From positions 310,001-374,000 of the forward strand of contig NIVC01000330.1 in assembly GCA_002269645.1 (NCBI GenBank): a stretch of 64,000 nt of DNA, given 5' to 3'. Within the stretch, counting starts at the first letter, position 1; every line of letters starts with the position of its first letter. Shown here in pieces: positions 34,486-47,095 of this stretch. The position numbers and the translations under genes were made by a program. The stretch is from Macrostomum lignano. Taxonomy: Eukaryota. The notes below the pieces were generated by a model. That model was given only the letters and a program-made list of their open reading frames with translations, did not search any database and was not told the origin of the DNA.

Positions 34486-34920
34486 TCAGTAAGGCGCCCC
34501 GTTAGGCTGGGAGATGCTGACCAGCTGCCAGTCAGCGGAACCTGCGGCCTGTAGCAGGGCCAGCAGCATTAGCAGGCCGCAGCAGCAGCAGCCCAGCAGG
34601 ATCAACACGTTAGACGCGCCGGCAGATTTTGTTGTCAAATCTGACGAGACGCTACAGCTGGTTGGCGTTGTCAATGGCAACGGTGAAGAGTCCGTAGTCT
34701 GCAATTGCTGCGACAGCTGCTGCTGTTTCCTCAGCTCGTTAACCAAATTAAGCAGGCGGGCAGCTTCGCAGTGCAGAGCGTTGAACCGGCCGTCCAGCTC
34801 GGACAGGCGGCCAGTCACGCCGCAGGTGTCCTCGTCGGACAGTTCCCCACCGGCTAGCAGGCTGCGGCAGTGCCCGACCGAGGACTGACTGGCCTCGGGC
34901 AGGCGGCGATCGATGCAGAT
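34486..34920 (-). CDS. KASH/spectrin-repeat gene, terminal exon (TM plus KASH-like luminal peptide)
   Basis: ctccag|ICIDRRLPE...VLILLGCCCCGLLMLLALL-QAAGSADWQLVSISQPNGAPY*; a C-terminal TM followed by a ~21-aa tail ending NGAPY. Confidence 0.85.
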   Translation of the reverse strand: MCIDRRLPEASQSSVGHCRSLLAGGELSDEDTCGVTGRLSELDGRFNALHCEAARLLNLVNELRKQQQLSQQLQTTDSSPLPLTTPTSCSVSSDLTTKSAGASNVLILLGCCCCGLLMLLALLQAAGSADWQLVSISQPNGAPY

Positions 34921-34934
34921 CTGGAGACCGAGTG

Positions 34935-35296
34935 TGGGGGCGGTGATGAAGCTGTATTGGGGGCGTGATGAGGCTGAATTGGGGGTGTGATGAGGCTGAA
35001 TTAGGGGTGTGATGAGGCTGAATTGGGGGCGGTGATGAGGCTGAATTGGGGGTGTGATGAGGCTGAATTGGGGGCGGTGATGAGGCTGAATTGGGGGTGT
35101 GATGAGGCTGAATTGGGGGTGTGATGAGGCTGTATTGGGGGCGGTGATGAGGCTGAATTGGGGGTGTGATGAGGCTGAATTGGGGGCGGTGATGAGGCTG
35201 AATTGGGGGTGTGATGAGGCTGAATTGGGGGTGTGATGAGGCTGTATTGGGGGCGGTGATGAGGCTGAATTGGGGGTGTAATGAGGATGTATTGTG
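34935..35296. repeat. 22-bp minisatellite (GTGATGAGGCTGAATTGGGGG..)
   Basis: Fills the last intron of the KASH gene. Confidence 0.92.
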
Positions 35297-35397
35297 GGCG
35301 GTAATGAGAATGTATTATACTACTTAAGGGTAATGACAAACAGTTTTGAAGCCTATGAGACTTTAATCAATATAATGATAAAGAGCAGCGTGCGCAC

Positions 35398-35599
35398 CTG
35401 CATCTCCGCAGCCAGCAAGTCCAGCTGGTCAACGCGCAACCGAGGCGCCGAGGCCGGATCGAAGCCAGCCAGCTCCTCAGCGCACTGGCGCAATCGCTGC
35501 TCTTCGCCTGCGACTGCGCAGTCCATTTGGGCGACGGCCGACTCCACCTGATGCAGCCGGTCTTGAGCGCGCTGCAGACTGAACAGGCGGCTGCCGCAG
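35398..35599 (-). CDS. KASH/spectrin-repeat gene, exon j
   Basis: acttcag|CGSRLFSLQRAQDRLHQVESAVAQMD...LLAAEMQ|gtgcgc; phase 2/0. Confidence 0.85.
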
Positions 35600-35786
35600 C
35601 TGAAGTTAATATTGAATTGGCTGGTAATAGATTGAGCAGTTTACTGGGATGAGGATCTGGGTCAGGCTGGTTGCCCAGCAACTGAGGGTCTAAGAGGGCG
35701 GCAACTCAGCCTGAGGGTCTGGGAGGGCGGAAACCCAGCCGGAGGATGATCCTCTGGGAGCGGTCAAGACGAAAAGTGCGACGAAC

Positions 35787-36538
35787 CCCTCGTGGATGGA
35801 GCCCAGCCAGTGGGACAGCATCCCAATCTGGTCCACCCGGCACTGCAGAAGCTGCGCCAGCCATCTGGGTGAGTCGACGGCGCCGCCGCATGCAGTCTGG
35901 AGGCGCCGGTGCAGGTCGACCAGCTGGCCCAGCGAGTCGCGCAGAGCCGCCTCGCTGTCGCGCAGCAGCCGGATCCGATCGGCCAGGCGGCCGCCATCGC
36001 CGGAAGCGGCCGCGCGCAGCCGAGACTCGACGGCCTCTGCGTCGGCGCGCATCCTGGCCAAGTTGGCACCGACTTCGGCCAGCGCCGAGCAGGCCTCGGA
36101 CAGGCCGGCTAGTTCGCTGGCCAACTGGTGCCAGTCGGCGGCTAGCTGACAGCGAGGCGACGAAGAGGTTGAAGCCTCGATGACGACGACAGGCGACGAC
36201 GATGGCGAAGAGGCCCCGTCGATGGAGGCCGAAGACGCGGATGTGGGGTTGAGCTCGTCCAGTCGGATTCTGGCCGCGCCAGCCAGCCGATCGAGCCGAG
36301 CGGCTTCGTCCGCCAGAGCGGCTTCGTCAGCATCGAAGCTCGGGCCGCACGCCGCTGTCCGACGCAGTTCGGCCAACAGGTCGGCCAGGGCGGCGCGGGA
36401 CTCGGCCAGCAGCGGGCCGTCCGACAGCGATTCGACGGTGTCGGCTGGCAGAGGCAGGCCGGCGGCCGACTCAGATTCGGACAGGGAGGCGGACTTGGCG
36501 GAAACCGTGTCCGCTAGTTCCCGCTCAGTGTCCGGATG
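35787..36538 (-). CDS. KASH/spectrin-repeat gene, exon i (spectrin-like helices)
   Basis: ccccgacag|HPDTERELAD...ADWHQLASELAGL...MLSHWLGSIHE(G)|gttcgt; phase 0/2. Confidence 0.85.
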
Positions 36539-36759
36539 CTGTCGGGGGATAAATAGTTGATTTATTTCATTGCAATGCAGCATCAGAAGATTTGTATTCG
36601 TAGTTTAGATTCAGAGAGAAATCGACGAATGATCTTGGCAGTGTTGAATATTTGTAAAAAATAATCGCCGTTAGAAAAAATTAGCGAATTAAGACACAGC
36701 TTGGTAGCTGTCTGATATGGGAAAATCAGACAAAATGTGTCCGCTGCTTTTCATAGCGT

Positions 36760-36975
36760 CTGTCTGCCTGCCTGTCTGTCTGTCTGTCTGTCTGTCTGTC
36801 TGCCTATCTGTCCGTCTGTCTGTCCGTCTGTCTGTCTGTCCGTCTGCCTGCTATCTGCCTGCCTGTCTTTCTGTGTGTCTGTCTGCCTGCCTGTCTTTCT
36901 GTCTGTCTACCTGCCTGCCTATCTGTCCGTCTGCCTGCCTGCCTATCTGTCCGTCTGCCTGCCTGCCTTCTGTCC

Positions 36976-37023
<48 letters not shown>

Positions 37024-37046
37024 GTCTGTCTGTCTGTCTGTCTGTC
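36760..37046. repeat. (TCTG)n microsatellite
   Basis: Direct inspection. Confidence 0.95.
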
Positions 37047-38006
37047 CATCCCTAGCAGTGTACATCTCTATCACAGTGTATTTCTCTCTTTATCATGGTT
37101 CAATAAAGCAATAGCTCGTAAACCACTATTAAACGAATACTTATGCAAGCCATAAAAGCTACGAGTGCGCAACACTTTACGAGCCTATACTATAGTGCCA
37201 TTTCAATTGTCTTCCACTTAAAAAGCTTCGAAAAGATGTTGAAGAAAAAGACGAGATTTAATGAAAGTAGAAATGTGCACCTGGACCAGCTGCCTTAATT
37301 AGATTCACAGCCACAATATTTTTGGCATTAAAAATGAGACGCTGACAGAAGCGGAGAAAGAGCTAAACTGCTTGGGCGCAGAGCACAGTGCAAACTATAA
37401 TATATGACTCATCGAGGACACGGGACAGAGAAATTGCCAACTACTCCTCAAAATGCCACGTATAGGCTATAGGTGGGGTATATAAAACTCTCCAATAACA
37501 TATTGAGAACGGCAGGGCTTGGAGACTAGCAGGGGGTTAATGGTAGGGGACACAGTATTGCGTTTTGTTGGGACGCGAGAATCCCCCCTTTACTACACCG
37601 CCCCCTCCCCAGCTGAGTTGGGATTTCCATTCCTAATCCAACAATGGAAATTTGCCAGCCCCGGCAACTACAGGGACTGAGTTCCTTCAACTTCGCGCCG
37701 GGAAGGGGGCAGTGCCAAGCAACGAGCACAGGGCATGAGTCATCAAACAGAGGAACAAGTTAATAAGTTTAGAGCAATGCCTCCAAGAGAAAGTTTTCAA
37801 TGAATGCGTAAAGGGGGCGATTTTTACTGATTACATAAGACAAGCAACAGCTGCTGGCAAGTGTGCCGGCCCGTGATCAGTGACTGATTCCTACAGCACC
37901 TGGTTACGTTCAGCGAGAATTATGCTTTTAGTAGCTATTTAATGTGCTCCACAATTAACCTGCGCAATTGAGAGGACTGCGGTCCAATCTTGGGTTGGAG
38001 AGGGTC

Positions 38007-38760
38007 ACGGCCCAGCACCTGAGGATCTGGGAGACTGGCCCAGCAACTGAGGATCTGGGAGACTGGCCCAGCAACTGAGGATCTGGGAGTCTGGCCCAGT
38101 AACTGAGGATCTGGGAGGCTGGCCCAGCATCTGAGGATCTGGGAGTCTGGCCCAGTAACTGAGGATCTGGGAGACTGGCCCAGCACCTGAGGATCTGGGA
38201 GTCTGGCCCAGTAACTGAGGATCTGGGAGACTGGCCCAGCAACTGAGGATCTGGGAGGCTGGCCCAGTAACTGAGGATCTGGAAGGCTGGCCCAGCAACT
38301 GAGGATCTGGGAGGCTGGCACAGCAACTGAGGATCTGGGAGGCTGGCACAGCAACTGAAGATCTGGGAGGCTGGCCCAGCAACTGAGGATCTGGGAGGCT
38401 GGCCCAGCAACTGAGGATCTGGGAGGCTGGCCCAGTAACTGAGGATCTGGGAGACTGGCCCAGCAACTGAGGATCTGGGAGGCTGGCCCAGTAACTGAGG
38501 ATCTGGAAGGCTGGCCCAGCAACTGAGGATCTGGGAGGCTGGCACAGCAACTGAGGATCTGGGAGGCTGGCACAGCAACTGAGGATCTGGGAGGCTGGCC
38601 CAGCAACTGAGGATCTGGGAGGCTGGCCCAGCAACTGAGGATCTGGGAGGCTGGCCCAGCAACTGAGCATCTGGGAGGCTGGCACAGCAACTGAAGATCT
38701 GGGAGGCTGGCCCAGCAACTGAGGATCTGGGAGGCTGGCCCAGCAACTGAGCATCTGGGA
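38007..38760. repeat. 28-bp minisatellite (GGCCCAGCAACTGAGGATCTGGGAGGCT)
   Basis: The same family recurs at about 63697-64000. Confidence 0.95.
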
Positions 38761-38779
38761 TGGATCAGACGCAACCCAC

Positions 38780-38979
38780 CTCAGCAGGCTGGCGCTGGTC
38801 CTGCCCTGATTCGAACTGCTGCTGGTCGGCCTCCCACTGCAGGTGGCTGTCGTCAAGTCTTTCCTCGGCGGCCTCGTCGACGCCAACAGCATAGGGCTGG
38901 GGCTGATAGTGGTCCCAGAGCTGGTCCAGGTCCTCTGGCCCGTTAGTAGCGACGGCTTCCTCCTCAGCCTCGTCTTGGC
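38780..38979 (-). CDS. KASH/spectrin-repeat gene, exon h (acidic, Trp motifs)
   Basis: ctcacag|(G)QDEAEEEAVATNGPEDLDQLWDHYQPQPYAVGVDEAAEERLDDSHLQWEADQQQ...PAE|gtgggt; phase 1/0. Confidence 0.85.
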
Positions 38980-39311
38980 CTGTGAGTAGTTCAATTTAAC
39001 AAATCATAACATTAGCAAATTTTAATTTCTATTTACGATTGAAATATTGAACTTTATGGAAACAAACAGTTAATATAGTGTTTAAACATCTGAAGCTTAA
39101 GTGCTTAACTAATATTGTAAAGCAATAAAAACTGGCTGTATAACATTGTTTAACATGCAAATCATACGATATGATTAATAAAAACTGCAACTTGTCATCA
39201 TCAACATTTCTATTGATCGAATCGATGCTAAAACAGTAAAAACAGATAGGAGAACTTGATTGCTAAAACAGGGAATAAATAAATGGCTGACTTATGTAAA
39301 AAAAACTATAC

Positions 39312-39470
39312 CATCGGTAATCGCTTCGGGTCTGTCGTTAAAGGACAAATGATTGACAAGAATGTCGGGCTCTGATGCCGAAGATACGGCGGTGACGGTG
39401 GCCGTTGCCACCGGGTGGACGGCTGCGACAGAGGCCGAGACGACAGTCTCGTTGGAAGCGGTGACGCAGA
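39312..39470 (-). CDS. KASH/spectrin-repeat gene, exon g
   Basis: ccccag|(V)CVTASNETVVSAS...PEAITD|gtatag; phase 1/1. Confidence 0.72.
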
Positions 39471-39622
39471 CTGGGGTCAGACAGAGTGGTTGGAGTGGCG
39501 GGGTTATGAAGGGAAATATAGCTGAGCACGAGAGAATTTTCGAGAGAAACGGGACGCTGCCAACCAAAGCCACTGTCGGACATAGTAAACCTATGGCTAT
39601 GGGCTAGCGATAAATCAATGAG

Positions 39623-40255
39623 TCTGTCTGTCTCTCTGCCGGTCTGTTTCTGTCATAATGTCTTAGTGTCTGCCTGTGTCTCAGTGTCTGTCTGTGTCTC
39701 AGTGTCTGTGTCTTAGTGTCTGCCTGTGTCTCAGTGTCTGTCTGTGTCTCAGTGTCTGTCTGTGTCTCAGTGTCTGTGTCTTAGTGTCTGCCTGTGTCTC
39801 AGTGTTTGTCTGTGTCTCAGTGTCTGTCTGTGTCTCAGTGTCTGTCTGTGTCTTAGTGTCTGTCTGTGTCTCAGTGTCTGTCTGTGTCTCAGTGTCTGTC
39901 TGTGTCTCAGTGTCTGTCTGTGTCTCAGTGTCTGTCTGTGTCTTAGTGTCTGTCTGTGTCTCAGTGTCTGTCTGTGTCTCAGTGTCTGTCTGTGTCTTAG
40001 TGTCTGTCTGTGTCTCAGTGTCTGTCTGTGTCTCAGTGTCTGTCTGTGTCTTAGTGTCTGTCTGTGTCTCAGTGTCTGTCTGTGTCTCAGTGTCTGTCTG
40101 TGTCTCAGTGTCTGTCTGTGTCTCAGTGTCTGTCTGTGTCTTAGTGTCTGTCTGTGTCTTAGTGTCTGTCTGTGTCTCAGTGTCTGTCTGTGTCTTAGTG
40201 TCTGCCTGCCTGTCTGTCTTTCTGTCTTAGTGTTTGTCTGTCTGTCTGTCTGTCC
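39623..40255. repeat. 18-bp (TCTCAGTGTCTGTCTGTG) satellite
   Basis: Direct inspection. Confidence 0.95.
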
Positions 40256-40352
40256 GTCAGCAATTCGACGCTCCACAGGGCGGCCCCAAACGGAGCTGCA
40301 GGGCAGCAATATGAATATAAATATATAGATGGATCAAGCAACGGCAGCTCAC

Positions 40353-40714
40353 CGCTCTGGTCCTCCTGGCTGAGAAAGCCGACAGCGGAGGCGCACAGCT
40401 GGCCGGCAGACCTGGTGAAGTACCGCTCCGCTTTGCAGGCCAGCCTTCTGGCGTCCATCAGCCGGTGCCGCTGCTCGGACTGTCGGGCCAGCAGCGCCTC
40501 GCGACTTCGCCGACGCCGAGACGACCGGCCTCCGCCTCCGCCGCCGCCTCGCTGGGATTGCCGATAGCTGACAGTCGCCGTAGCCGAAGCCGACATGGCT
40601 GGCGGCGGCATCGGCTCCGTCGGCGTCGGCGCCGGGGCCGGCGAAGGCGACGGCGGACTTGAACTGTGGTCGATGGACGACTCGTCGGCCAGTGAGCCGT
40701 CGGTTGAGTCCGTA
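40353..40714 (-). CDS. KASH/spectrin-repeat gene, exon f
   Basis: ggacag|TDSTDGSLADES...RLACKAERYFTRS...EDQS|gtgagc; phase 2/1. Confidence 0.78.
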
Positions 40715-41167
40715 CTGTCCGGATTCCGGTGTGTTAAAATAAGGATTCGATACATATCGGCAAAAAATGATAGGTCAAAGAAGCATTAGTAGTAAGAAGA
40801 TTAACTTCAAACAATAAATTCAGGAGGCTGAAGGCTGGGAAGTGAACCCTTGATGCTTAAAAACTACACGACTAAAGCGCAGGGCAAAAGCCTAAAAAAA
40901 AACTACGACCCTGGCGGCCGGGTGGGGAAGCGGGAAGTGGGGGAAAGGGGGTCAGACCGCAAAGCGAGACTAAGAGGACTGCAGAACTGAGAAGAGTTCA
41001 CGGGACTGACTCATTCATTCATAGCACTTACTGCCGAAAGCTGTCATTCACTCCTCTCCCTTCAAATGCAACTCTGTCTTGCCTTGCAGTTTATACTTAT
41101 TTATTTTTCTAACCTCAAACCAAACCACTGAAAAAATTTAAGGCCATTTTAAATCGTCGGTGAGTCA

Positions 41168-42386
41168 GATCACGTATCTGAGACCATCGGATGAGAGAGC
41201 CAGGAGATGCACCTGAGACAATCAGGTCAGAGTCAATAGATGCACCTGAGACAATCGGGTGAGAGTCAGGAGATGCACCTGAGACAATAGGGTGAGAGTC
41301 AGGAGATGCACCTGAGACCATCGGATGAGAGAGTCAGGAGATGCACCTGTGACAATCAGATGAGAGTCAGGAGATGCACCTGAGACAATAGGGTGAGAGT
41401 CAGGAGATGCACCTGAGACCATCGGATGAGAGAGTCAGGAGATGCACCTGAGACAATCAGATTAGAGTCAGGAGATGCACCTGAGACCATCGGATGAGAG
41501 AGTCAGGAGATGCACCTGAGGCAAATGGGATGAGAGTCAGGAGATGCACCTGAGGCAATCGGATGAGAGTCAGGAGATGCACCTGAGGCAATCGGATGAG
41601 AGTCAGGAGATGCACCTGAGACAATCAGGTCAGAGTCAGGAGATGCACCTGAAACAATAGGGTGAGAGTCAGGAGATGCACCTGAGACCATCGGATGAGA
41701 GAGTCAGGAGATGCACCTGTGACAATCAGATGAGAGTCAGGAGATGCACCTGAGACAATAGGGTGAGAGTCAGGAGATGCACCTGAGACCATCGGATGAG
41801 AGAGTCAGGAGATGCACCTGAGACAATCAGATTAGAGTCAGGAGATGCACCTGAGACCATCGGATGAGAGAGTCAGGAGATGCACCTGAGGCAAATGGGA
41901 TGAGAGTCAGGAGATGCACCTGAGGCAATCGGATGAGAGTCAGGAGATGCACCTGAGGCAATCGGATGAGAGTCAGGAGATGCACCTGAGACAATCAGGT
42001 CAGAGTCAGGAGATGCACCTGAGACAATAGGGTGAGAGTCAGGAGATGCACCTGAGACCATCGGATGAGAGAGTCAGGAGATGCACCTGTGACAATCAGA
42101 TGAGAGTCAGGAGATGCACCTGAGACAATAGGGTGAGAGTCAGGAGATGCACCTGAGACCATCGGATGAGAGAGTCAGGAGATGCACCTGAGACAATCAG
42201 ATTAGAGTCAGGAGATGCACCGAGACCATCGGATGAGAGAGTCAGGAGATGCACCTGAGGCAAATGGGATGAGAGTCAGGAGATGCACCTGAGACAATCA
42301 GATTAGAGTCAGGAGATGCACCTGAGGCAATCGGATGAGAGTCAGGAGATGCACCTGAGACAATCAGGTCAGAGTCAGGAGATGCA
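41168..42386. repeat. 33-35-bp minisatellite with 370-bp higher-order period
   Basis: Matching variant strings start at 41461, 41831 and 42201. Confidence 0.92.
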
Positions 42387-42849
42387 TTATAAAAGCATAA
42401 AAAGCTGCTTACAATCTGAGATGAAATGTGCAGACAACCTGACGTGCCCAGAGCACAGTTTTGTTAACAAACAAATGAAATCGCTCTGGGCACTTGCTCG
42501 CGCCCGCTAATTTCTGCTGTAGCGCACCTCATAATTGACACCCGCTTATTATATATGTGCGTGCAGTTACACATAAGAATATCGAGGTCTAGCACTGCTT
42601 GGAGCAGCAATTCGCTGATAAGGTGCGCGCTATAAAACGTACTTGCTAAATTTCTCTATTAGGTCACATCTGGCTGGGTGGCCGCAACACAGGCGCAGAC
42701 AGGACCCCCGGCCTTAATTAGCTCAGATATTAACAAAGGCATAAAGCTTTAGCTAAAAAATTCGAACTTGATTGCGAACTTATGAATTTTGATTCATTTG
42801 AGTTTACAGAAAGATCTGAGGTACTCGTACTAAAAACGGCAGATCAACG

Positions 42850-44035
42850 GGAGGGGCAGCAGCGGCTGATCACAGAGGAAACAGCGGGAAGGGGGCAGCA
42901 GCAGCTGATCACAGAGGAATCAGCGGGAAGGGGGCAGCAGCGGCAGATCACAGAGGAATCAGCGGGAAGGGGCAGCAGCGGCAGATCACAGAGGAATCAG
43001 CGGGAAGGGGCAGCAGCGGCAGGTCACAGAGGAATCAGCGGGAAGGGGGCAGCAGCGGCAGATCACAGAGGAATCAGCGGGAAGGGGGCAGCAGTGGCAG
43101 GTCACAGAGGAATCAGCGGGAAGGGGGCAGCAGTGGCAGATCACAGAGGAATCAGCGGGAAGGGGGCAGCAGCGGCAGGTCACAGAGGAATCAGCGAAGG
43201 GGGCAGCAGCGGCAGGTCACAGAGGAATCAGCGGGAAGGGGGCAGCAGCGGCTGATCACAGAGGAATCAGCGGGAAGGGGGCAGCAGCAGCTGATCACAG
43301 AGGAATCAGCGGGAAGGGGGCAGCAGCGGCAGATCACAGAGGAATCAGCGGGAAGGGGGCAGCAGCGGCAGATCACAGAGGAATCAGCGGGAAGGGGGCA
43401 GCAGCGGCAGGTCACAGAGGAATCAGCGAAGGGGGCAGCAGCGGCAGGTCACAGAGGAATCAGCGAAGGGGGCAGCAGCGGCAGGTCACAGAGGAATCAG
43501 CGGGAAGGGGGCAGCAGCGGCTGATCACAGAGGAATCAGCGGGAAGGGGGCAGCAGCAGCTGATCACAGAGGAATCAGCGGGAAGGGGGCAGCAGCGGCA
43601 GATCACAGAGGAATCAGCGGGAAGGGGGCAGCAGCGGCAGATCACAGAGGAATCAGCGGGAAGGGGGCAGCAGCGGCAGGTCACAGAGGAATCAGCAAAG
43701 GGGGCAGCAGCGGCAGGTCACAGAGGAATCAGCGGGAGGGGGCAGCAGCGGCAGGTCACAGAGGAACCAGCGGGAAGGGGGCAGCAGCAGCTGATCACAG
43801 AGGAATCAGCGGGAGGGGGCAGCAGCGGCAGGTCACAGAGGAATCAGCGGGAAGGGGGCAGCAGCGGCAGATCACAGAGGAATCAGCGGGAAGGGGGCAG
43901 CAGCGGCAGGTCACAGAGGAATCAGCGGGAAGGGGGCAGCAGCGGCAGATCACAGAGGAATCAGCGGGAAGGGGGCAGCAGCGGCAGGTCACAGAGGAAT
44001 CAGCGGGAAGGGGGCAGGCGCGGCAGGTCACAGAG
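42850..44035. repeat. 39-bp minisatellite (GCAGCAGCGGCAGGTCACAGAGGAATCAGCGGGAAGGGG)
   Basis: Tandem copies visible. Confidence 0.95.
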
Positions 44036-44061
44036 TAACAAATTCAAACACGGAGACTCAC

Positions 44062-44689
44062 CTCGTAAAACCGGCATCGAGCAGCTCCACCGCCAGGCCA
44101 GTCTCAGACTCGGCGGTCTCCATCGCCATAACAATAGACAGAGCGCCACTGCTGCTGCCGCCAATGGCGCCGAGACTGGCGGCTCTGGGGATGGGCTGCT
44201 GTTGCTGCTGCTGGCTGCCGCCGCCCAGCAGCAGAGCGCTAGCGTCAACGTACAGCTCTCTGGTGACCACGGCCAGAGGCGAGAAGGACCTAGTAAAGCG
44301 ACGCTTCTGACCGGAGATTCCACATTTGCTGCCGCTGCTGCTCGAGTCGTCTTCAACCGCTTGACGATCCCCGCCGCTTCGTCCAGCCGGCGTCGCCGAA
44401 GTTCCAGTGGTGGTCATCGATGAGGACGCAACTGCGACTGCCGCTGCGTCCGAGGCGGCGTCGGGCGGCTGGCCGCAATCGTCGGAGTCGGCCGGGGTCA
44501 TGATGCGATAGTAGCAACGAGACTGCTGCTCGCCCGCAGTCCGATCGCGAACCCGACGCCGCCGATGCGCAGAGGGCTGGTCCGCCGAGCGAGGCAGCTT
44601 GCGACCGCCAGCTTGCTGCCTCTGTTCCAGGTCGTCTAGGGAGAATATTGGCTCGCTAGACTGGTTGCTGATCTTCTCGTATTCGTCCT
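44062..44689 (-). CDS. KASH/spectrin-repeat gene, exon e (disordered)
   Basis: gcgcag|(E)DEYEKISNQSSEPIFSLDDLEQ...DAGFT(S)|gtgagt; phase 1/2. Confidence 0.78.
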
Positions 44690-45066
44690 CTGCGCAGGGT
44701 TGTGGATTGAGTGGCGCAATAATCATAGAATTTGAAAAAATAGCAACCATAGCAACAGAGTGAAAACAAATCGACTGACAATGAAAAACTACGAGAGTCG
44801 CAACTGGTGAAATTTTCAAGGGGCAGAGCAGCTTATGCTTTCGTACATAGCCGTACGAAAGTACCTCGATTTGTACCTCGATTTACAGACTAATTATTCA
44901 TATTTCAGAGAATAATCGCAGGTGAATTAAGTTTCCTAAATCATAACCTAAAAGACTAAGGTTCAAAGGCTTGGGGTCCCGGGATCAACAGAAAATTTGA
45001 CCCCGGATTTCAGAAAAGTCCCATTATTTTACCAGATTTAGCCCAGTATAAGGATAAATATTCTTC

Positions 45067-45362
45067 CTAATGGGAGTTTCTAGCGTCGGACTGACGACTG
45101 AAAGGTCGGAGGTTCGATTCACGACCCAGTAGGAAAAATTTGTGTCCTTGAGCAAGACACTTAACTCTGCATTGCTTCAGCTCACCCAGCTGTAAAATGG
45201 GTGCCAGCATTAGCTGGGGTAATTGAGGGTGTGTGTGCCCCCCCCCCCCAGTCCTTGGACTGAACAGCCGTACGCAGCCTTCAGATGCGCCGCGCAATAG
45301 CTGCGGCTGAGCTGTCGGTTGCACATCTGCCCATTAGGGCTGGTATAATCTATTATTACTAC
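45067..45362 (+). mobile_element. tRNA-derived CORE-like SINE, near full length
   Basis: B-box GGTTCGATTC; TGTGTCCTTGAGCAAGACACTTAAC...CTGTAAAATGGG resembling the MIR CORE; 3' tail shared with 24843-24966; ends in (TAT)n. Confidence 0.8.
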
Positions 45363-46214
45363 AATGGAATAAGTATTACACCAATATATTTCACACAGCA
45401 AAACAACTCACAGAATCGCCCCCAATGGAACGCCTCTCTTTCCTACCTGAATTATAAATCTTTAAAAATCGTCAACACACAAGCATAAGGCACGCTATTT
45501 CAATAACTAACGACCAAACGAATCCTACAGATGGCGATACACCTGCCCGGGGCTCTCAATCACCGAGTCACGCAATAATAAAACAACAATAATAAAAGAA
45601 AACTTGTAGGGCCTTCCTTGCGTGTAATTCTTCTCCCAACAGCTTTAATAACTAACTAGTAGTAGACTTAGTAGCTCCAGCTGACATATATAGGCATAGG
45701 CTATAATGCGAATACGATCGAAGAGATATGCAGGCCCCGTTGCAATAATGCAATAACGTAGAAACAGGAAGGTGAAGTCTGGAAGCCTGGTGACGTAACA
45801 GACTTGCTGGGGGGGGGTACGGCGAGATTGAGGAGAGCAGGCAGAAAGTAGGCAGCTAAGACAAAGCATGCCAGACAGAGAGACTGACGGGAAGAGGTGA
45901 ATCGAGGTAGGGAGAAAGGCGGAGGAAGCGAGAGGGCTAGCTAGAGTCGGGATTGGAGAAGCGGAAAAGAATATCAAGCGGAAAGAAAAGCTAAGTCACT
46001 CGAACAGCTGCCGGGGGGGGGGGGGTAGCTGGCGGCGAAATACTTCGGCTAAGCGGCTGCCTACCTACGCGTTGATGGCATTAGCTCATTTTACTCAGTC
46101 TAGGGAATATTAGCCTGGCTCACCAACTAAAGCATTAAATTCATATAGCCAACTTGTTCAGCATTGCTTAACGTTTTCGTGTTGCTCATTCAGTCATTCA
46201 CTTGCTCTGACTGA

Positions 46215-47095
46215 CCCTCTTAACCGATCAGTGACTGACCCATTCACTCACTAGCTGACCCATTCACTCACTAGCTGACCCATTCTCTCACTAGCTGACC
46301 CATTCACTCACTAGCTGACCCTTTCACTCGTTAAGCTGACCCATTCACTCACTAGCTGACCCATTCACTCACTAGCTGACCCATTCACTCACTAGCTGAC
46401 CCATTCACTCACTAGCTGACCCTTTCACTCGTTAAGCTGACCCATTCACTCACTAGCTGACCCATTCTCTCACTAGCTGACCCATTCACTCACTAGCTGA
46501 CCCATTCACTCACTAGCTGACCCATTCACTCACTAGTTGACCCATTCACTCACTAGCTGACCCATTCACTCACTAGCTGACCCATTCACTCACTAGCTGA
46601 CCCTTTCACTCGTTAAGCTGACCCATTCACTCACTAGCTGACCCTTTCACTCGTTAAGCTGATTCATTCACTCACTAGCTGACCCATTCTCTCACTAGCT
46701 CACTAGCTGACCCATTCACTCACTAGCTGACCCATTCACTCACTAGCTGACCCTTTCACTCGTTAAGCTGACCCATTCACTCGCTAGCTGACCTATTCAC
46801 TCACTAGCTGACCCATTCTCTCACTAGCTGATCCATTCACTCGCTAGCTGACCTATTCACTCACTAGCTGACCCATTCACTCACTAGCTGACCCTTTCAC
46901 TCGTTAAGCTGACCCATTCACTCACTAGCTGACCCATTCACTCGCTAGCTGACCTATTCACTCACTAGCTGACCCATTAACTCACTTGCTGACCCTTTCA
47001 CTCGTTAAGCTGACCCATTCTCTCACTAGCTGACCTATTCACTCACTAGCTGACTCATTCACTCACTAGCTGACCTATTCACTCAATAGCTGACC
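46215..47095. repeat. 20/21-bp minisatellite (CTGACCCATTCACTCACTAG)
   Basis: Tandem copies visible. Confidence 0.95.
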
